Assembly: GCA_963978095.1 (NCBI GenBank)
Contig: CAXBQP010000067.1
Coordinates: 1-12,790, forward strand
DNA from: an uncultured bacterium
Lineage (GTDB): Bacteria > Gemmatimonadota > Gemmatimonadetes > Gemmatimonadales > Gemmatimonadaceae
Direction of reading: 5' to 3'
DNA: 12,790 bases
Below the pieces are notes generated by a model that did not search any database, was not told the DNA's origin, and worked only from the letters and a program-made list of their open reading frames with translations. A program made the position numbers and the translations under genes. Every line of letters begins with the position of its first letter. Position 1 is the first letter of the stretch. Positions 7,881 to 12,790 of the stretch are shown here, in pieces.

Positions 7881-9618
7881 CCCAGCTCACCTGCACGATC
7901 GTGCTGCGTCCATGCACGTCGTGCGCGGGCAGTGTGGTTTGCGACAGGGCGACGAACAGGGCCCGCATCTCCGAGGGCGTGAGCACGTCACCCGCCTTGA
8001 TCGCGGCTTTGCACGCCACGGTCGCCGCGAGCCGTTCGTGCTTGGCGAGGCCGCTGCCGAGCCGATCGCCGACGAGCGAGGCGAGGGTGTCGCGGAGGCA
8101 GCGTTCGGCGTCAAAGCGCGGATGCGGGGCCGGCACCGCCGAGATCATGACGCTGTGCCCACCAAACGCCTCGGCGTGGAATCCCAGCTGGGCGAAGAGT
8201 GCCCGATTCTCGTCGAACGCTTCCGCTTCGACCGGTGTGAAGTGGAGCGTCAGCGGGAAGAGCAACTGTTGCGAGGCCACGTCGCCACGCGCCATGCCGT
8301 GCATGAACTGCTCGTACAGGACACGCTCGTGGGCCGAGTGCTGGTCGATGAGCACCCAGGCATCGTCGCGTTCGAATCCGATCCACGTGCGCCGCAACTG
8401 GATCAGCGGCGGCACGACGACGGCGGGCGCTGACGCTGTCGCGTCCGTGGGCTCACCCGGCGCCACGGCGGCAGTCGCGTCGATGGAAGGAGCCGTCGGT
8501 TCCGCAAAGAGCGGAGCGTGCGGGGCCGCGGCAGGCTGGAGGACATCGACGCTCATGGTGGCGCCGCTCTCCGGAACGAAGGTCCACGTCGTGCGCGGAG
8601 CGACACCGAACGGCGCGGCGCTCTCGCCCGTGCCGAGGGCACGCCGGACGGCCCGCTCGACCGCGCGCTCGGTAACCCAGCGGTCGCGAAACCTGACTTC
8701 GGCTTTTGCCGGATGCACGTTGACGTCGACGTCTCCCGCGGGGACTTCGATGTCGAGCACGAGCGACGGGCGCACCCCAGCCGGGATGGTGGACCGATAT
8801 GCCGCCTCGGCCGCGCGCACCAGCCCCGGGTCGCGGATCGCGCGCCGGTTGACCGTGAGGAAGACGCGGCGGCTTGTCGTTCCCACGTCGGCGGGGCGTT
8901 GGACGAGGCCGCTCACGCGAATCGGCCCGGACACATCGTCGACGTCGACCAGCGCTTCCGCCGCCGCGCTTCCCCACAGCGCCGCGGTTCGCTCACGGAG
9001 CGAGGACGCTGGCGGGAGCGTGAGGACTTCCTTGTCGTCATGCGTGACGGTGAGTCGCACATCCCGTCGACTCAGCGCCATCACGCCGAGCATCTCGGAG
9101 ATCGCGCGCCATTCACTGCGGGCACCGCGCAGGAATTTCAGTCGCGCGGGCGTGTTGTAGAAGAGCGACTCGACCGTCACGGTGGTGCCACGTCGGCGCG
9201 CGGCGTCGCCGATGTCGAGCAGGGCCCCTCCAGCGGCGAGGACGCGGGTTCCGCTGCCATCGGCAGTCGCCGTCTCGATGGTGAGCCGCGACACGGAACC
9301 GATGGCGGGGAGCGCTTCCCCGCGGAAGCCGAAACTCAGCACGCCGACCAGATCGGCCGACGTACGAATCTTGGAGGTCGCGTGCCGTTCGATGGCGATG
9401 GCGGCATCGTCGCGCGACATCCCGGTCCCGTCGTCGCTGACGCGAATCATCGCGCGACCGCCCTCGGTGATGGCAACGTCGATGGTGGTCGCCCCTGCAT
9501 CGAGGGCGTTCTCGACCAGTTCCTTGACGACCGACGCCGGCCGCTCGACGACTTCGCCAGCGGCGATCTGGTCGGCAACGGCGGACGGCAGGATGGCGAT
9601 CATGCGGGGAGCGGTCAC
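7849..9618 (-). CDS. mutL: DNA mismatch repair protein MutL, endonuclease-type C-terminal domain, about 589 aa (GTG 9618 or ATG 9603)
   Basis: QIAAGEVVERPASVVKELVENALDAGA, DDGTGM, HATSKI, SFGFRGEAL, DVNVHPAKAEVRF. C-terminal DQHSAHERVLYE, QQLLFP (clamp-binding-like), ACK, DVHGRS and FGR. Confidence 0.97.
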   Translation of the reverse strand: MTAPRMIAILPSAVADQIAAGEVVERPASVVKELVENALDAGATTIDVAITEGGRAMIRVSDDGTGMSRDDAAIAIERHATSKIRTSADLVGVLSFGFRGEALPAIGSVSRLTIETATADGSGTRVLAAGGALLDIGDAARRRGTTVTVESLFYNTPARLKFLRGARSEWRAISEMLGVMALSRRDVRLTVTHDDKEVLTLPPASSLRERTAALWGSAAAEALVDVDDVSGPIRVSGLVQRPADVGTTSRRVFLTVNRRAIRDPGLVRAAEAAYRSTIPAGVRPSLVLDIEVPAGDVDVNVHPAKAEVRFRDRWVTERAVERAVRRALGTGESAAPFGVAPRTTWTFVPESGATMSVDVLQPAAAPHAPLFAEPTAPSIDATAAVAPGEPTDATASAPAVVVPPLIQLRRTWIGFERDDAWVLIDQHSAHERVLYEQFMHGMARGDVASQQLLFPLTLHFTPVEAEAFDENRALFAQLGFHAEAFGGHSVMISAVPAPHPRFDAERCLRDTLASLVGDRLGSGLAKHERLAATVACKAAIKAGDVLTPSEMRALFVALSQTTLPAHDVHGRSTIVQVSWDELERRFGRR

Positions 9619-9655
9619 CCGCGAAATCTCCCGGCGGTGCGGGCGCAGGTCAACG

Positions 9656-11797
9656 TCAGGGGGCGCCTAGCGCGGCCAGCTGCTCGGTGGGAATCCAGCC
9701 GGCTCGGGACTCATCGAGCACGACATGCGACCAGACGCCCTGGCGCGCATCGACCTGCGCCGTTTCGCCCGCCAGAGGAACCGGCCCATGTTCGGCGCCG
9801 AGCGCGGGCAAGGTGCGCAGGGCGCCCGGGACGACGATGACCACGAGATCCCGCGCCAGCAGCGTGCGCTCCCATCGTGCGGTGGCCGTGAGGAGCGCGG
9901 CCCCCACGACCAGCGTCACGATGGGGAGGAGTCCGGACGGCCGTCCGCGTGCACGGCGGCGCGCCACTTGCGTCCATCCGGCGAACCAAACGATGAGCGT
10001 CACCAGTGCCGGCAGGTGGACCGGGACGTCTGGTACTCGTGCGACGCCAGAGTCTTGGGGGGCGCGCACGCGCGCCAATCGTGAGCGGAGGTCGCCATCG
10101 GTCGGCGCGAGGCGGAGGGCGCGCTGCCATCCCACGACTGCATTGGCCGAGTCGGACGCCGCCCACGAGGCCGTTCCGAAGTTGGCCCACGCTTCTCGTG
10201 ACCGTGGCGCTTCCCGTGCGGCGTCCGCAAAGTGTTGGGCCGACCGCCGGAAGTCGCCGCGGTCGTAGGACGCCACGCCCGCGGTGAAATCGGCACGCGC
10301 GCGGTCAATGGTCGCGGCGACCACCGGACCGGCCGCGATGGCCACAAAAAAGCAAATGGCGGCAGCAGGTACGCGTCGCGGCCGGAACAGCCGTCCCACC
10401 CAGCGCGCGCGCCCCGCGCGTGGCCCTCTCGCTTCGCGGTCGATGGCGCGAAGCAACGTACCGACGCGCGAGTGAACGTCATCGGGCGCCAGATGGCGCG
10501 GGTGGAACGACGCCGCGTCGAGGTCGCGAAGCATCTCGGCCGTCGTGCGTGCGGTTCCGGGAGTGACTCCTTCCAGACACAGGGCGCGTTCCCACGCGCC
10601 CGCGGTGGTGAGATGAGCCGCGTCGAGGCCCGTCCGCTCGCGGATCGCGTCGAGAAAGGCACGCCGGACGGTCGCGGCTTGGTCGACGCCCTCATCGAAG
10701 CCGGCATCTCGACCGGCAAGCGCGTGCGCGCGCTCCCACGCGGTCAGCGGCGCCTTGGCCGTGCGCGGGCGCGTCCTCCAGAACACCACCGCCGCGGGAA
10801 CCGGCGCGCACAGCACGAGGACGACGTACCACCACATTTGCCCGAGGGGAGGTGCCCGCTCGGGTGCGAACGCGCGGAGGATCGGGAGGGGCGGTGACGA
10901 GGGTGCTTCGACGACGGGGGCGACGCTTGCGACGACGTCGCCGACCTCGACCTGCTTGAGTATGGGGGTACTGACCGCGATTTCATACCGCCGAGCGAAG
11001 GGGTTGAAATACGCGAAGCGCAGGGCCGGTACGTACTGGGCTCCCGCGCTGCGCGGCGTCACGATCCAATCGAACTCCTTCGCGCCTCGCAGTGCGGCCG
11101 GTGCGGAATCGACGCTGACCCGCTCTCCAGCGGAAATCACGGTTCCCCACGTCAACTCGACCGGTGGGCGCGGCAGCAGTGTCACATTCCCCTGCCCCTC
11201 GACGCGCAGTGTGAGGATGAGGGGGTCACCGGCCTTCGCTCGCGTCGTCCCGATGGTGGCGCTGACCCGGTATACCCCGACGGCACCCCGCCACTCGGAC
11301 GGTCGACCGGCCGCGGGCGGTTCGATGACGGTGAGGCGCAACGCCTCGGACCGCATCGTGAACGACTCCTCCCGGCTGAAATAGCTGCCCCCTTGCGGCA
11401 GCGCGTAGGAGAGTCGGGCGGCGGGAATCTCCACCGTGCCGGGCGCCAGCGCGAAGATGGCACGACGGAACACATGCACTTCGTACGGATGGTTCCCGAC
11501 CTCTCGCACGAAGCCACGGGGGGTGTCGCGCACATCGTAGGCGAGCAGATCCCGTACGTCCGGCGCGACGTATTCGGGATTCCGCCGCATGCGTTGGCGT
11601 GTCACCGATTCCATGAAAACGCCGAGTTGGTACGTGGACTGCTGCCCGACATACACGGTGTCCGGAACGAGCATGGCATGCACGTCCACAACCTTCGCCG
11701 CATCGACGCGTGCCCGATTCACGATCTCCGGAATCACGATCGGTGGCGTGCCCGAGGCTTGCGTGACCTGCAGCGCGAGGAGGATCGCGGGAAGCAT
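9656..11797 (-). CDS. BatD-family membrane protein fused to a BatE-like TPR + TM + SH3-like module, about 713 aa (ATG 11797 or GTG 11800)
   Basis: Signal peptide [14 protein letters not shown]. BatD-like beta domains (YVGQQSTY...APGTVEIP; WRGAVGVY; GDPLILTLRVEGQGN...FAYFNP), TM WWYVVLVL, TPR (AWANFGTA...GWQRALRLAP), two TM helices and an SH3-like end (WSHVVLDESRAGWIP). The start overlaps the upstream stop. Confidence 0.8.
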   Translation of the reverse strand: MLPAILLALQVTQASGTPPIVIPEIVNRARVDAAKVVDVHAMLVPDTVYVGQQSTYQLGVFMESVTRQRMRRNPEYVAPDVRDLLAYDVRDTPRGFVREVGNHPYEVHVFRRAIFALAPGTVEIPAARLSYALPQGGSYFSREESFTMRSEALRLTVIEPPAAGRPSEWRGAVGVYRVSATIGTTRAKAGDPLILTLRVEGQGNVTLLPRPPVELTWGTVISAGERVSVDSAPAALRGAKEFDWIVTPRSAGAQYVPALRFAYFNPFARRYEIAVSTPILKQVEVGDVVASVAPVVEAPSSPPLPILRAFAPERAPPLGQMWWYVVLVLCAPVPAAVVFWRTRPRTAKAPLTAWERAHALAGRDAGFDEGVDQAATVRRAFLDAIRERTGLDAAHLTTAGAWERALCLEGVTPGTARTTAEMLRDLDAASFHPRHLAPDDVHSRVGTLLRAIDREARGPRAGRARWVGRLFRPRRVPAAAICFFVAIAAGPVVAATIDRARADFTAGVASYDRGDFRRSAQHFADAAREAPRSREAWANFGTASWAASDSANAVVGWQRALRLAPTDGDLRSRLARVRAPQDSGVARVPDVPVHLPALVTLIVWFAGWTQVARRRARGRPSGLLPIVTLVVGAALLTATARWERTLLARDLVVIVVPGALRTLPALGAEHGPVPLAGETAQVDARQGVWSHVVLDESRAGWIPTEQLAALGAP

Positions 11798-12558
11798 CAC
11801 CAGTCCTTGCTCCCGGGGGCGCGTTCCTGACGCAGTCCCCTCTGCCGTCTCGCCTGTGATTCCTTCTCGTCGCGCGCGGCGGCGGACAAGAGCTGATCCG
11901 CCTGCTGCGACGACATGCCCTTGCGTTGCTCCTGCGGCGCCCGGGGTGACTGCTGCGGATTCTGCTGCGGATCGTTCCGGTTCCCGCCCCCGCCCTGCCG
12001 CTTCTTCTGGAGCGCGAGCTCGTAGTTCCACGCGGCATCCGCGTCGCTGCCTTTCTGGAGCAACACCGCGCGATACGCCGCGAGGGCCGCATCGAGTTCG
12101 CGCGTGTCCGGCGCCTGGGCTTGGGAGCCGCGACGCAGATGGGCCAGACCGAGATTGAACAGCGCCTTCTGCCGGATGCCGGGATCACCCCCGAGGGTGG
12201 CCCGTTCCAGCATTTCGATGGCCGGGACGAGGGAGTCGGCGGCGAGCAACGCCGTCCCCAAGTTGTACAGCGTTGCCGCTCGGCGATCGCCCTCCGCCAT
12301 CAGCTGTCGCCACCGACCGGCGGCCTGCGCGAACCGCCCCGCCTTGAAGAGCTGAACCGGATCGCGTTCCTGCGCGCCGGCCGGGCGCGGCGCGCCGGGG
12401 ACGAGCACCAGCAGACTGACGAAGGGCATCCAACGCCGCAGGCGCGTTGCCGTGCCCCCGTCGGAACGCCATGCGTCGATCAGCAGGAGCAGGATCGCCG
12501 GCAGCAACACCCACGCCAGCCGCAACGGCCGGGCACGTCCTTCCTCGACGCTGCGCTG
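11797..12558 (-). CDS. C-terminal part of a BatB/BatC-like (vWA-associated TPR) protein, 5' part missing from this window
   Basis: TM segment [17 protein letters not shown] repeats ([30 protein letters not shown]), Gln-rich linker, [10 protein letters not shown] and terminal KDW, as in BatC-like proteins upstream of BatD. The first ~72 aa of the ORF-track protein are the antisense reading of a LOG gene. Confidence 0.8.
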   Translation of the reverse strand, partial: QRSVEEGRARPLRLAWVLLPAILLLLIDAWRSDGGTATRLRRWMPFVSLLVLVPGAPRPAGAQERDPVQLFKAGRFAQAAGRWRQLMAEGDRRAATLYNLGTALLAADSLVPAIEMLERATLGGDPGIRQKALFNLGLAHLRRGSQAQAPDTRELDAALAAYRAVLLQKGSDADAAWNYELALQKKRQGGGGNRNDPQQNPQQSPRAPQEQRKGMSSQQADQLLSAAARDEKESQARRQRGLRQERAPGSKDW

Positions 12559-12790
12559 AAGCGACTCGAGGCGGCCGAGCGCGGGCGCGCGCTCTGCCAC
12601 TGGTACGACGTCGCACGCACCTTCGGCCAGCTCGTGGGCCGCCTGCCGCCGGACACCGACGGCGATCGCGTCGTGATCATGACCGGCGGTGGGCCGGGCA
12701 TCATGGAAGCGGCCAACCGGGGCGCCGCCGATGTCGGCGCGCTGTCCGTGGGCCTCAACATCGCGCTGCCGCACGAGCAGAAACCCAACC
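12547..12790 (+). CDS. Internal fragment of a LOG-family (lysine decarboxylase-like Rossmann fold, TIGR00730-like) protein; no start, runs off the window
   Basis: Not in the ORF track. The frame from 12547 reads [96 protein letters not shown] and GLNIxLPHEQxPN are LOG-family signatures. Confidence 0.9.

Noticed and set aside
11798..12031. 78-aa N-terminal extension of the BatD-like ORF (start 12031)
   Set aside because: It overlaps the upstream TPR gene. The signal peptide begins at 11797/11800, coupled to the upstream stop.
12559..12774. Novel N-terminal domain on the 325-aa TPR protein
   Set aside because: It is the reverse-complement reading of the LOG-family fragment on the plus strand.

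Overview
High-GC bacterial DNA made up mostly of housekeeping genes. The GroEL/GroES/MutL sequence style and gene order suggest Gemmatimonadota, but that is an inference. Both ends are suspect. Bases 1-66 are an untrimmed Illumina TruSeq P5/Read-1 adapter. Near 12550 the sequence switches from a 5'-truncated minus-strand BatB/BatC-like gene to the middle of a plus-strand LOG-family gene, which looks like a chimeric junction. In between lie the 5' end of a secreted Ala/Pro/Lys-rich protein (-), a beta-carbonic anhydrase (+), and groES-groEL (-) under a sigma70-type promoter with a CIRCE/HrcA operator. Two tandem terminators separate groESL from a tightly packed minus-strand cluster: batB/C-like, batD/E-like fusion, mutL, miaA, bshA, uppP, birA, coaX. 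I found no mobile element, CRISPR array, rRNA or tRNA, and no clear new system. The best leads are a MutL endonuclease domain with DVHGRS replacing the C(P/N)HGRP metal-binding motif, bshA coupled into a mutL-miaA...birA-coaX cluster behind bat genes, internal signal-peptide-like segments in both Bat fusions, and a Can-like enzyme lacking two of three allosteric bicarbonate-site residues.
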